DNA from: Chrysemys picta bellii | Lineage: Eukaryota | NCBI RefSeq assembly: GCF_011386835.1 | Contig: NC_088793.1 | Coordinates: forward strand, 153,946,001 to 154,010,000 | Direction of reading: 5' to 3' | DNA length: 64,000 bases | In this document: one piece after another, positions 11,061 through 22,690 of the stretch | Numbering within the stretch: position 1 is the first letter of the stretch | Layout of the letters: every line of letters starts with the position of its first letter | Translations under genes and position numbers: made by a program | The notes under the pieces: generated by a model | Database searches by the model: none | What the model was told of the DNA's origin: nothing | Seen by the model: only the letters and a program-made list of their open reading frames with translations

Positions 11061-11748
11061 CAGAGGTGAAAGTAAGCCAGTACGCTGTACCGGGGCGGCT
11101 CGGCTTCCCCAGGCGGCAATTTAAAGGGCCTGGGGCTCCCAGCAGCAGCTGGAGCCCTAGGCCCTTTAAATTGCCGCCAGAGCTCCGCTGCTGGAGCCCT
11201 GGGGTAGCGGCAGCGGGGCTCTGGCGACAATTTAAAGGGCTGGGGCTCCTGCTGCCTCTACTGCTCTGGGTCCTTTAAATAGCTGTCAGAGCCCCGCCGT
11301 CGCTACCCCAGGGCTCCAGGGGCTATTTAAAGGGTTGGGACGGTAGAAGCAGGGGAGTCCTGGATCCTTTAAATAGCCCTAGAGCCCTGGAGTAGTGGCG
11401 GGGCTCCGGGGGCTATTTAAAGGGCCGGAGCTCCCGCTGCCTCTACTGCCCTGGGCCCTTTAAATAGCCCCCGGAGCCCTGCTGTCGGAGCCCGGGGGTA
11501 GCAGCGGCAGCTGGGGGCTCCGGCAGCGGTTTAAAGGGCCCGGGGCGGTAGCAGCGGCTGAGCCCTGGGCCCTTTAAATTGCTGTTGGAGCCCCCAGCTG
11601 CCGCTGCTACCCCAGCGGGGGAGGGCACTTACCAGTATAGGGCAGGCCGGGACTGGCTCTGATCCCCCATCCCTGCCCCTTCTGGGGGCCAGAGCTGGCC
11701 CCAACCCAGCCTCGTACTGGTAAGTCCCTATTTCTACTTTCACCTCTG
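11061..11748. mobile_element. Non-autonomous hAT element with internal serial hairpins
   Basis: TIRs CAGAGGTGAAAGTA / TACTTTCACCTCTG; 8-bp TSD GTCTTTGT / GTCTTTGA (7/8); internal TTTAAAGGG...CCTTTAAA units. Confidence 0.82.
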
Positions 11749-12429
11749 GTCTTTGAGTATTGGACCATAGGTGGCAATATACACCTCTTCCTTTTTTAAT
11801 ATCTTTCCTTTCATACAGTGCCACCAACCTTGTCTGAGTTAGACTCTTGCTTCCTCCCCAAATATGAAAAGATCATAAGCCATGCGTGACTTTGGTTTAA
11901 CAGTGTTTATATTAGAAAGACAGTGCTTTCTAAAATGGGAGCTCTCATAGTACAAGGCTGCATCTTATCTGCGTTTCTTAGCTATGTGAATCACCAGGCT
12001 CGTCATACCCACAAAATACAAATCTTTGAAGTGCCACACTGCACGAGCAGCTCTAGCATGTTTACCATTTTCTTCTAGCCTCTGGCAGCTGTGGATAAAA
12101 TCCCATGTGGGCAGATGATTTTAAAATCAGCCTGGGATTAAAAAGCTTGCCTAATGCACAGCATCTGGTTCAGGCTTCATAAACGTGTCCTGTAGTTACT
12201 TGGTCTTAACACCAACTTTGTGTGTGCGTGAAAGCAGGGTCTTGTTGTGTATAGTTTCCATGACTTCTTGTCATTCAGCAAGGAGGAGGAAGGCGGCAAT
12301 TGGAAAACACATGCATGTGATGGGCATTTTGAAAACTAGCGCAAGTGCTGGGACTTCCCTCTGTGTGTGCACTGTACTATGGCAATGCCCCAGCAGGCTA
12401 TAGACAGCACAAATCCTTAACGCTAGAGT

Positions 12430-13850
12430 TCAGTAACGCCAGCTGCCGCTCCTGCCTCCGTCGTACCCCACTATCACTTCCCGCAAGCCTCATCCTCTGC
12501 AGAGGCGCCCAGCTATCTCCCCTACCCCCTTGGGGGCACCCAGCTACCCCCCCATACACAGCCCCACCCCCCTGGGGGGCACCCAGCTATCCCCCCAACC
12601 CCCTCCACAGACCCACCCTTCCTCAGAGATGCCCACATCTACCCACAGCCCCACCCCCCTCGGGGGCACCCAGCTATCCCCCTCCCTCTCAGGGGGCACC
12701 CAGCTACCCCCCTACCCCCTCGGAAGCGCCCAGCTACCCCCCATACCCAGCCCCACCCCCCTCAGGGGGTACCCAGCTACCCCCCACCCCATACACAGCC
12801 CTACCCCCCTGGGGGGCACCCAGCTATCCCCCCAACCCCCTCCACAGCCCCACCCTTTCTCGGAGACGCCCACATATACCCACAGCCCCACCCCCCTCGG
12901 GGGCACCCAGCTACCCCCCTACCCCCTCGGAAGTGCCCAGCTACCCCGCGTCTCCCGGCTCCCCCCCAGCTCCATCCCTGTCTGGGGCGACCCAGCGCAG
13001 CCCTCGGGCCGCCCCGCGACTGGAACAGGACTGGACGGGGGGCAAGGGGTGGGGCTAGGGCTAGTTCGGGGACAGGGATGAGGCGGGCCGAGGACACGTT
13101 CGGGGGCGGAGCTGAGCGGTGTGGCGCAGGGGGCGGGGCGAGGGCACGTTCGGGGGCGGGGCTACGCGGTGTGGCGCAGGGGGTGGGATGAGGGTACGTA
13201 CGGGGGCGGGGCTGAGCGGGAGGCGGGGCTGGTGGCGCCGCGCCTGGCGGGGGGCGGAGCCTGCGGCGCTGGCGTCGGGCGGCCGGGGGCGGCGCGCTCT
13301 GAGCCGAGCGGGCTGGAGCGGAGCAGCAGGCGGGTGTGTTCCCCTCTCCCCGCGGCGGGCGGCCCGGCGGCGGCGGCGGCGGCGGCGCGACTAGGGGTGG
13401 GCTGGTGCGTGTCCCACTCGCGTAGCGCGGGGGCTGGTGCGTGTGGCCGCAGGGGGCGGGCGTGCAGGCGCGCTGGGGGCAATGGGGGCGCGTGTGGCAG
13501 GGCCTGCAGGTGTGAGAGGTCGGGTCCCTCCGGGTCGGTCCTGTGGGTGCTGAGGGGAATTTACTTCTCGTGACAACAGTTCAGTGACCAGCTGGACAAG
13601 TGTCCCCAAAGCGGGTGGGGCGGCAGAGGCAGGTCCAGTCTCCCTGGTCTCCGTAATTCCCTGCCCGCGTAGCTGACAGCAGGTGCGGACTAGGAGGGGA
13701 CAGGCGCTGGACATCCCGTTCTCTGGTTGGGTCAAAGCGGGGGCAAGGTGGATTTTCCTGACGCTGCTGAGGGATCTCCTCCTCCGCAATCTGCTGCCGG
13801 GCTGTCTCTCCAATTAGGTTTATTGATGAATTGCTGACCCTCGTTTTTTA
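12430..13850 (+). promoter_or_regulatory. CLIP4: CpG-island promoter and non-coding first exon region of CLIP4
   Basis: Very high GC and CpG density against a CpG-depleted background; several GGGGCGGGG GC boxes; (GGC)7 at 13366-13386; about 9 kb upstream of the CLIP4 ATG exon. The TSS and first donor could not be resolved. Confidence 0.8.
12505..13020 (+). repeat. C-rich minisatellite (GGGGGCACCCAGCTAYCCCCC-based units) with a 237-bp higher-order duplication
   Basis: The motif recurs many times; the block starting at 12574 is repeated at 12811. Confidence 0.88.
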
Positions 13851-14001
13851 AAAATCAACCCCCCCAGAATACTCCCCTTTCTTTGTCCTCCCACCCTTTG
13901 GAAGAGACGGGGCTGTGAAATGGGCTGCCCTGCGTGAGTCAGATCACAGCCCCTGAGTCCCTGTGTAGTTCAGTTTCCGTAACTTTATTGGCATGCTGGG
14001 T

Positions 14002-14370
14002 AGAGCTGGGTGAAAGTTTTTGGGAAAATAGTTTATTGAATGAAAAATAAATTTTTGATCAATATGAAACTGTTCATGAGTTTCACACAAATAGTTTTGG
14101 CTGTTAAAAACAGCCAAAGGAGAAGGGAATGGTGGTGGTGATGCTGCTGTCGCTTTCTAACATTCTGACCTTTTAGTCGAGAGGTTAGGGCACGCATCTG
14201 GGATGTTGGAGACCCAGGTTCAAATATCTGTTCTGGAACAGGCCCAAAACTTATTAATTGAAAATTGTGAAAAATTTCACATTTGGTATGACCCAAACCA
14301 AACTTTTTGTTTTTGGAACTGTCACTAAACACAAAAACAAACAAAAAAAATCAGTTATTCTTTTAGCTTT
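14002..14370. mobile_element. Degenerate non-autonomous element containing a tRNA-like SINE head
   Basis: TAGAGCTGG-type end, AT-rich body, internal A-box/B-box-like TAGTCGAGAGG...GGTTCAAAT at about 14174-14224. Confidence 0.4.
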
Positions 14371-15543
14371 AATAATGAGGCATGCAAGTATTAATGTATT
14401 AAGTTCCACTAAGTATCTTTCTCAGACAGGATTCACTCTGATAATGAGGTTTTATACAGTGTGTCTAGTCGTATTGTTAGAGCAGCAGGCTATGTGTGGG
14501 CAATCCTGTCTCCTGTGGTCTCATTTTCCTTTGGTTGCAGGCTGTAAAACAGGTTAAGAATAGCAGAACTTATTCTAATTTTATTGTAGAGTTGCCATTT
14601 GTGAAGGGACACATACATGTGTGTGGGAGAGGTTGATGGGAATTTAGTAAGGCAGAAAGTGTGGTATTAGAGTGATCAGGGTTTCATTACTTGGTGGGCT
14701 GTATTTCAGCTCATTTTAGAGACCATCCAAGAAACAGTATTTAATAAAACTAGTGACTTATTTCTAGGAGACAAAGCAGGCAAACTCTCTTCCTCTATCA
14801 TTAATCTCCTTCCCTCACCCGGGTCTATTTCTTCTCTTGCTCTAAATGTTCAATAACTTTCGACCTAAGGAATATTGTTTCCCTTATATAATGTGGCTTG
14901 CATATTTGGCTAAATATATTACAAAGTGTTCTCTTTACATTTTGAGATCTTTGCATAGCTTCCCCCAATTTATACAAATTTTACAAATTGCTACAGTGAA
15001 GGAATTGGGGGAGTTTCAGGGAACCTGTCATACTGTAGGTAAAGTAGTAGGTTTAAAGCATCAGACTGGATTTCATATTAAAGAGGACACTTTTTTAATT
15101 TGAGAAAGTATTATTCCTTGCAACTTTATAAACCCTTACAGGCTGCATAGATTTCACCTTCCCATGTTTACATTGTGTAGTGTATGTAGTAATGTAACAC
15201 AAAGATACTACTATGTAATTCTTGTACTTTATTGGATTTGATATGCACTTGGCTCTTGAAACATTATCGTGTGTCTGACCTCTGCTATGTAGAAAATGTT
15301 GGCTGCTGTTACTTAAAATATTTGCTGTGTACAATACTGTTATCTAACTCTAGAGACCTATGTGTAGCAGCATTTAAATATTACTTGTATGCATTTTCTT
15401 TGCCCACCTGATTTCTGTTGGATTTTTGAGAGGAGGTGGTGAACAGCAGTTTAATGCAACATCGTCAAGGTTGGCAGGCCCAAAGCTTCACAAAATTTTT
15501 CTGAACTTTTCAGCGGCTCACACATACCCAAAATGAAAACAGA

Positions 15544-17402
15544 TTTAAAAATTTTATTAAGATGATGTTAAAAAAAAATAGTGAACAGAGTTTGAGCATA
15601 GAAGTTTCTGGTTATCAGGGAATAACATACAGATTATCGAGGGTGCAAAGTTTGGTTTAAGATAAAGTGGCATGAGGAATACATAATCTGCAATATCCCC
15701 GATTGGGGGTAAAAGGTTGATGGGTCAAATACAGATATTGAGATATGAGGGTATGAAGTTCATAAAGTGGCTATCTTCGGGTGTGGATAATAACGAGTGC
15801 ATATGATGATGAGGATGGATTGACCCTCATTTGGTGAGATTTAATGTTCAGGGAGTTTATGGTTCCAGTTCATATGATCCAACGGAGAAGGTCACTTGGT
15901 CTCTTTCTCGTAGTGGGAGAATGATGTCACTCTGGCTCACGCCTCCTGGTACTGTCGGTGGCCAGTGATGTGCTCGATGTAGATGTCCCTGGACCGTCGG
16001 ATGGCGTCTGAGACCATGAGGCGCCGCATGAGACGTGCGTAGCGTCGACCAATCCCGCAGGTCCGCAGCACACGCTCGTTGCAGGGGTCCCAGGCGCCCA
16101 GGGTTTCGACAATCAGGGCGTCCATCTGTACCTCATAACCCTTCGCTCTCAGGGTGTCAGCCAGGGGGGCGTACTTTTCCAGCTTACGAGCTCAGGCGTC
16201 GCAAAATGCCGGGGTCCTGTTCTCAAAGGAGACCGTGACGTCGACGAGAATGATCTTTTTCTGGGCCTCGTCGGTGACGACCACGTCAGGTTGTAGCTGG
16301 CCGTCAGTACCGGCGATGGTACAGTTCACGGAGATCTCCCCTAGGCGTGGCGTGGTGGCTTTCACCAGGCGGTTCTGGATGGCGTTGTGGCGCAGCTGCC
16401 AGGCTCTGGAGTGGGGTTCGCAGCTGCACAGGACATGGGGCAGGGTCTCGTTGGGGTAGCCGCTCTTCCTGCAACGCTTGTCTCAATTCCCGTGGCGGAC
16501 GGCTCCATTGAGCGGGACGCAGTTGAGCCGGGCATGGTGAATGAACCGCCAGTCGGCAAAACGGGTGAAGCCACCCCCGGCAAGGAAGTGGTTGCTAGCG
16601 TCCCACTTGCTGGTCAACTCAAAGGCTTTACCCTGGTCCGGTTTACGCTTCAGGGTTTCCACGTACAGCGAGCGGATGGCGGCCTTCAGAGTCCTCTCCA
16701 GCAAGCCCCTGGCCGTTGGGGTGACGATGGTGTTGTCGTCCGACCTGATCTGCGGCACCCGGACTCCCAGCTCCTGGCGCTCCTCGCACCATTGCCAGCG
16801 GCAGCCAATCCGCTTCCCCAGGCGACGGGTGGCATTGCGAGTGTGGGACCACAGTGAAGCGATGTCGCGCCCGTCCCTTCCGAATTCCCCATCCCAGGGA
16901 GCTGCTCAGGAAGGTGGCGATGTCTTGGTTCGAGGGGGCTCTGCCAATCCGCTTCTCTGTCTCATCGCGCAGGGCGTTCGCCGCAATGTTCCTCACCGTG
17001 GCGTCAGGACATGTCAGCAGGCGGAAGGCGTGGGTGATCACCGCAATGTCACACAGGTCATCCATGCAGGGGACATTTGCGCCGCCGTGCCTGTGTGCGA
17101 TGTAGACCAGCTCGTTGCTGGCTCTCTGGGGAAGGAACAGCCGCTTCTTCACCAGCTTCCGGATGATCTTGTCTGCCTTGTTGAGGGGCAGCTTCGCCAC
17201 GGCGGATCCCCTTAGGGTGAACGAGATACGTGGGATCAGGAAGGTGTTCAGGGCGTTTATCTTCTGCCATGGTGCCAGCAGGGAGGCATCAATCTTGGCG
17301 GCATCCTGCAAGATCTCCTGGATGGTGTCCTCGGGTGTCTGCCGGACACGGAACCCGGTTGGCGTGCCCAGGTGCTGGTATGCCTGCCCCTCTGCCAGGG
17401 CG
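15544..17402 (-). mobile_element. 5'-truncated Utopia (NeSL/R2 group) non-LTR retrotransposon with restriction-like endonuclease
   Basis: Minus-strand translation gives the RT end (AYQHLG), thumb (PWQKINALNTFLIPRI), CCHC knuckle (CRKSGYPNETLPHVLCSC), RHNAIQNRL, RLE motifs QPDVVV...LVDVTV and KLEKY, and a stop at 15937. One frameshift near 16893 and TGA stops at 16483 and 16192. The 3' UTR is about 390 nt with AATAAA near its end. Confidence 0.88.
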
Positions 17403-18740
17403 GAAGTCCAGCTTCTTGGCCTGGAAACCAGTTAACATCCAAGGTGTTGAGTTTTCACATGATAGCTTTCTGCACTGTACTTTTCCCTTTATACTTCAGA
17501 GAGCGCAAGATTCTTGCAAATCCTGCCTGCTCTCTAAAGTGCTTGGATATCCTGCTTGCTCACAATAGAAGAGTTCTCAGGCAACGGGATGGTTCATTGT
17601 GTACACTTGTCATCACAAATAAAAGCACATGTAGTAAGTTTTGCCTGAAAAATCTCTAGCACCATTTTAATGTATCTCTAACCAACTTCCCCCTTATAAA
17701 TGCTTTCAGTTACCCACCTTTCTAGAGGCCCTCATCCAACAAGTACTTTTCAACCTTTAGGATAAAAGATTGTCAACTACAGAAGCACTGGTGCACCAAA
17801 AATCTCACTCTTCAGTGTAAAGACAAGGTCTTCTACCTGACTCTCCTTTGATTTGCAAAGACACTGTTCTTATTCTTAATCTCCAAAGGTTAAGAAATTC
17901 ATGCTTGCTTTTCAACATTCAGTGCTCTGATGACTCCTTCATGCTTCCTATCATATGCAATGACATTTCCCATTGTCATTTTCAAACGTTCTTCAGCCGC
18001 AACTTACATTACCGTTACCTTACAGTTCTTTCCTCACTTCCTCTAAATTTCCTCAACCATCCCTCTACAGACCCCCACATTTCTGATCCTACCAACATCT
18101 TCCATTCCAGGCTTTATAGGCCATCATGATGTAAATATGAGATTTGCTTTTCTATCATGTTCTTGATGGTTATAAAGCAGACTCCCTTGTAAAATTGTTC
18201 TTATTTTCCCTTATTGTCTGATGTAATGGTGAGTCCACTTCAGATCTAAGTTGAGAACATGGCACCCAACAATGAACTGTGCTTGGTGCTGAAGGAGATA
18301 AGGTTTTTACTTGGTTTAAGATCAACATCTTCAATCCATTTTTAAAACTTACGATTTAATATTTTGGAAGGTGGATTGGTCTGAGAACATTTTGCAGTGT
18401 GGGCCTCTCAAACAAGGCAGTGACTTTACTTAGGGAGTCATCAAAAGGAGCCCGAGTAGCCTGATGCATGTGTAGTATACATAAAACAACTTCAGATAAA
18501 TTAATAAATTGTCAAAAGTGACCTTCACTTGTTCCTTCCCCATTCACTCAGGCAAAAGCCTAGATAAATAGATGAATCTTAATAATAACAAGTGAGCCTT
18601 GAAGCTGAATAAATTCTAGCTCTCTCAGGCCAACTGAATAAGTGAATTTCTGAGTCAACAGTGCTCTACAACCAGTCTTCATAATAGAAATTTCATTAGA
18701 AGGTGCACAAGTGATGCATCAGTGATGAATACGGTATAAA

Positions 18741-19152
18741 TAAGGCTATGATTTAATCACGGGTATTTTTAGCAAAAGTCATGGACAGGTCACGGGCAAG
18801 AAACAAAAATTCACGGCCCGTGACCTGTCCATGTCTTATACCATAAATACCCCTGATTGAATCATGGGGGGTGGGGAACCCGGGAGGCTCCGCTGCCACT
18901 CTGGCTACCGCTGGGGGGGAGCCCCGGCCGCCCCGGGATTGCTGCTGGGAGCCACCGAGCTGCTCCTGCCACCCCCCGGGACTGCTGCTCAGGTGTTCCC
19001 TTGGGCAAGCCGCACTGGCTACTGCTTGGGTAGTCCCAGTGGCTGGTACAGTTCTGGGATCAGCCACACTGGCCGCTGCAGAAGTTACGGAGGTCGCAGG
19101 AAGTCACAGAATCCATGACTTTCTTGACCTCTGTGACAAACATGGAGCCCTA
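18741..19152. mobile_element. Non-autonomous hAT element (TAAGGCT/TAGGGCT-ended family)
   Basis: Shares the subterminal CATGGACAGGTCACGG...CGTGACCTGTCCATG palindrome with the 46813-47384 copy; no clear TSD. Confidence 0.7.
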
Positions 19153-19191
19153 TAAATTCCTCCGTAAGAGGTATACACATTGACTTCCAAA

Positions 19192-21288
19192 AATGCATGG
19201 AATACTCAAGGAGCTGACTGAGGAGATATCTGAGCCATTAGTGATTATCTTCAAAAAGTCATGGGAGAGATTTCAGAGGACTGGAAAAGGGCAAATATAG
19301 TTCCAGTCTATATAAAAGGAAATAAGGACAACCTGGGGAATTACAGACCAGTGAGCGTAACTTCAGTACCCGGAAAGATAATGGAACAAATGATTAAGCA
19401 ATCAGTTTGCAAACATCTAGAAGATAAGGTGATAGGTAACAGTCAGCGTGGATTTGTCAAGAACAAATCATGTCAAACCAACCTAATAGCTTTCTTTGGG
19501 AGGGTAACAAGCCTTGTGGATGAGGGGAAGCAGTAGATGTGGTATATCTTGACTTTTGATGCTCTCGCATGATCTCACAAACAAGCTAGGGAAATACAAC
19601 CTTGATGGAGCTACTTTAAGGGGGCGCATAACTGGTTGGAAAACCGTTCCCAGCGAGTAGTTATCAGTGGTTCACAGTCAAGCTGGAAGGGCATATAAAG
19701 TGGGGTCCCACCGGGCTCAGTTTTGGGTCCAGTTCTGTTCAAATTTTCATCCGTGATTTAGATAATGTCATAGAGAGCACACTTATAAAGCTTCCGGATG
19801 ATACCAAGCAGGGAGGGGTTGCAAGTGCTTTGGAGGATAGGATTAAAAGTCAAAATGATTTGGAGAAACTAGATAAATGGTTTGAAGTAAATAGGATGAA
19901 AGTCAGTAAGGACAAATGCAAAGTACTCCACTTAGGAAGGAACAGTCAGTTGCGCACACACATACAAAATGGGAAATGACTGCCTAGGAAGGAGTGCTGC
20001 AGAAAGGGATCTGGGGGTCATAGTGGATCACAAGCTAAATATGAGTGAACGGTGTAATACTGTTGCAAAAAAAAAAAAAGCAAACGTCATTCTGGGATGT
20101 ATTAGCAGAATTGTAAGCAAGACATGAGAAGTAATTCTTCTGCTGTACTGCGTACTGATACAACCTCAACTGGAGTATTGTGCCCCATTCTGGGCTTCAC
20201 ATTTCAGGAAAGATGTAGACAAATTGGAGAAAATCCAGAGAAGAGCAACAAAAATGATTAAAGGTCTAGAAGACATGACCTATGAGGGAAGATTGAAAAA
20301 ATGGGGTTTGTTTAATCTGGAGAAGAGAAGATTCAGTGGGACATAATAGTTTTTAAGTACATAAAAGGTTGTTACAAGGAGGAGGGAGAAAAATTGTTCT
20401 CCTTGTCCTATGCTCAGAGGTTAAGAAGCAATGGGCTTAAATTGCAGCAAGGACAGTTTAGGTTGGGCGTTAGGAAAAACTTTTGCCTAGGGAGGTTTTG
20501 GAATCTCCATTATTGGAGATTTTTAAGAGCAGGTTAGACAAACACCTGTCAGGGATGGTCTAGATCGGGGTGGGCAAACTACGGTTCGTGTCCTGCCCAG
20601 CCCCCGAGCTCCTGGCCCGGGAGGCTCGCCCCCGGATCCTCTTCCCCCGCAGCCTCAGCTCACCCCCCCACCGGCGCAATGCTCTGGGTGGCAGAGCTGT
20701 GAGCTCCTGGGGCAGTGCAGCTGCAGAACCTGGCCTGACCCGGTGCTCTGTGCTGCGCGGTGGCAGCGGCATGGCCTGGCTCCAGCCGGGCGGTGCGGCT
20801 GTAGCGTTGCCAGCCACCAGTGCGCCAGGCAGCGTGCTTATGGGGCAGGGTGCAGGGGGTTGGATAGAGGGCAAGGGAATTTGGGGTGGTGGTCTGTGGA
20901 TGGGGGTGTGGATAGGGATCGGGGGGGGAAACAGGGTTGAATGGGGGCAGGGGTCCCGGGGGGCAGTCAGGAAGGGGGAAGTTGGATGGGGTGGCGGGGG
21001 GCAGTCGGGCAGGGGTTCCAGGGGCAGTCAGGGGACAGGGAGAAGGGGTGACTGGTTGGATGGGGCAGGGTTTCCCCGGGGGGGGGGCAGATAGGAGGTG
21101 GGGGGGCAGGCCACGACCCCCTCCCCTAACCGGCCCTCCATACAATTTACAAAACCCGTTGCAGTCCTCAGGCCAAAAAGCTTGCTCGCCCCTGGTCTAG
21201 ATAATACTTAATCATTCCATGAGTGCAGGGGACTAGACTAGAAGACCTCTCAAGGTCCCTTCCAGTCCTACGATTCTGTGATTGTGAT
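19192..21288 (+). mobile_element. CR1 LINE 3' fragment (RT C-terminal half and 3' UTR), interrupted by a hAT element
   Basis: EDWKRANIVPVYIKGNKDNLGNYRPVSVTSVPGKIMEQ and GFVKNKSCQTNLIAFF are typical CR1 RT; ends GGTCCCTTCCAGTCCTACGATTCTGTGATT (CR1 tail). Confidence 0.92.
20566..21194. mobile_element. Non-autonomous hAT-Charlie element nested in CR1
   Basis: TIRs C(A)GGGGTGGGCAAAC / CTTGCTCGCCCCTG; perfect 8-bp TSD GTCTAGAT, matching the Charlie NTCTAGAN preference. Confidence 0.88.
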
Positions 21289-21977
21289 CTACTAATTTTA
21301 TGAAGAACCTACCCTGTTTAAACTTCACACCTAACTATTTAGGTTTTAGTGTTCTTTTGATTGGTATATGTGACAGAACTGTATAGCTGATGATTATGTC
21401 ACTCTTCCTGTGAATAGAAGTTTACAGAGTCACTAGCAAGATGGTTTTACTCAATAGCCAGAAATAAGTGTAGTGATCCATAGGGATGGGATGTCTCTAT
21501 GGTGTTTTTTTGTTTTTGGAGAAAACCCTTTGAAATTGTGGTATTCTAGTAATATATCTAACTTTTCAGGAAGTAAACATGATTGGAAACAATTTCATGT
21601 GCATAAGAAGTTTAGGGTAGCAGAAAGTAGTAACCCCTGTGTTATGGCACCTCTATTCTTGTAAAAAGTGTCATGGTACCTTTAAGTGTTAGTGCCCAGG
21701 ACCTAGGTTTTCAATTTCTCATCCAAAAGATAGTATTTCCAATAGCACAGTTACCACCATCATTCTGCTAGGGTATTGATTCAGTTCTAGCTAAGAAGTG
21801 GTGCCAGCTTCTATAGTACTTGCTAAGGTGGGTGTTCTCTTTTACATTTACTGACCAAGTCTCATTTGATCCTGTTCAGATTGGACTAGATTGCAGCCTG
21901 GCTAATAGAAAATGTAATTAATCATGCTGTTAAATATTTCTGTATGGCCATTTGATTTTAATTATTATTTTTACTAG

Positions 21978-22031
21978 GTTATTCTGGGGCTTAGAAAGTT
22001 GTCTGGAAGCACTGGAGGTTACAGCACCACG
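21978..22031 (+). other. CLIP4: Candidate 54-nt non-coding 5' UTR exon of CLIP4
   Basis: TTTTTACTAG acceptor and consensus CG|GTAAGT donor; no ATG; 645 nt upstream of the ATG-containing exon. Confidence 0.5.
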
Positions 22032-22690
22032 GTAAGTACACTGTATTAAAATTTAGGGCAGGCAAATTGGGAAGGGAACTGACATGGAGGCAGGCAGAGC
22101 AGGGAGGGGCACAGGGAAATTTAGGCAAGGCTCAGGAATGAATCAGCCCATGAGAATTGGGGCCATCCGTGGGAAGATTAACATGGTGAGAACACTCTTC
22201 ATTTTTGGGAAAGGGAGTGGGTAGATTGACTGGTTTCTTGTTTGTGGGGGCAGGAAAGGGAGGTGAAGCTTGAGATGAGAATGCTGAAGATGAGTAATAG
22301 TTAGCACTTCACATTTTCATAAGGGTGTACAGACATTAAACCTTACTTACAGCATGCCTGTGAACTATGGCAGTATCCCTTTAACCATTTGACAGATGGA
22401 GAAACTGAGACAAGGATTTTAAATGACTTCCCTAAGATAATAAAGCAAATCTGTGACAGACAGGATTACAACTTGGGTGTTCCCAGCAGCATGCTCAAGC
22501 TACTAGTTTCTACTAATAAGTACAGTTTATTATCACAAAACTTTAATAATTACAATGTTTTGCATGTTTCAAAAAGGAATGAGATGAACTTCAGTGTAAA
22601 TCACTGTTTATAGTTGTGTATTGTAATAGAATGTAACCTACAGTATTTGGAGTGGGTTTTTTCTCCTTGTTTAAGGTGGCTTTCTAGAAG

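Noticed and set aside
11110-11600. Regularly spaced palindromic repeats superficially like a CRISPR array
   Set aside because: Eukaryotic context, the intervening segments are related to one another rather than unique spacers, there are no cas genes, and the array is enclosed by hAT TIRs and a TSD.
12345-13081. 237-aa and 183-aa Pro-rich ORFs (GAPSYPP repeats)
   Set aside because: Translations of the C-rich minisatellite; such sequence lacks stop codons by composition. The 237-aa ORF starts at a non-ATG codon and no splice context was found.
13119-13813. GC-rich ORFs over the CpG island
   Set aside because: Stop-poor by composition; the true CLIP4 ATG at 22691 has an in-frame stop just upstream.
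14174-14224. tRNA-like A/B boxes (also near 62041-62090)
   Set aside because: No complete cloverleaf or 3' acceptor stem; best explained as SINE heads.
15500-15560. A U2 snRNA gene or pseudogene at the Utopia junctions
   Set aside because: Only 6-12 nt resemble U2; the rest of the U2 sequence is absent at both sites.
16035-17568. Plus-strand ORFs up to 224 aa
   Set aside because: Antisense frames of the GC-rich Utopia coding sequence.
17430-18130. Possible decayed coding fragment next to the Utopia 5' end
   Set aside because: No recognisable domain in any frame; cannot be classified by eye.
20560-21200. ORFs of 104-174 aa
   Set aside because: They lie in the G-rich interior of the non-autonomous hAT element and have no transposase motifs.
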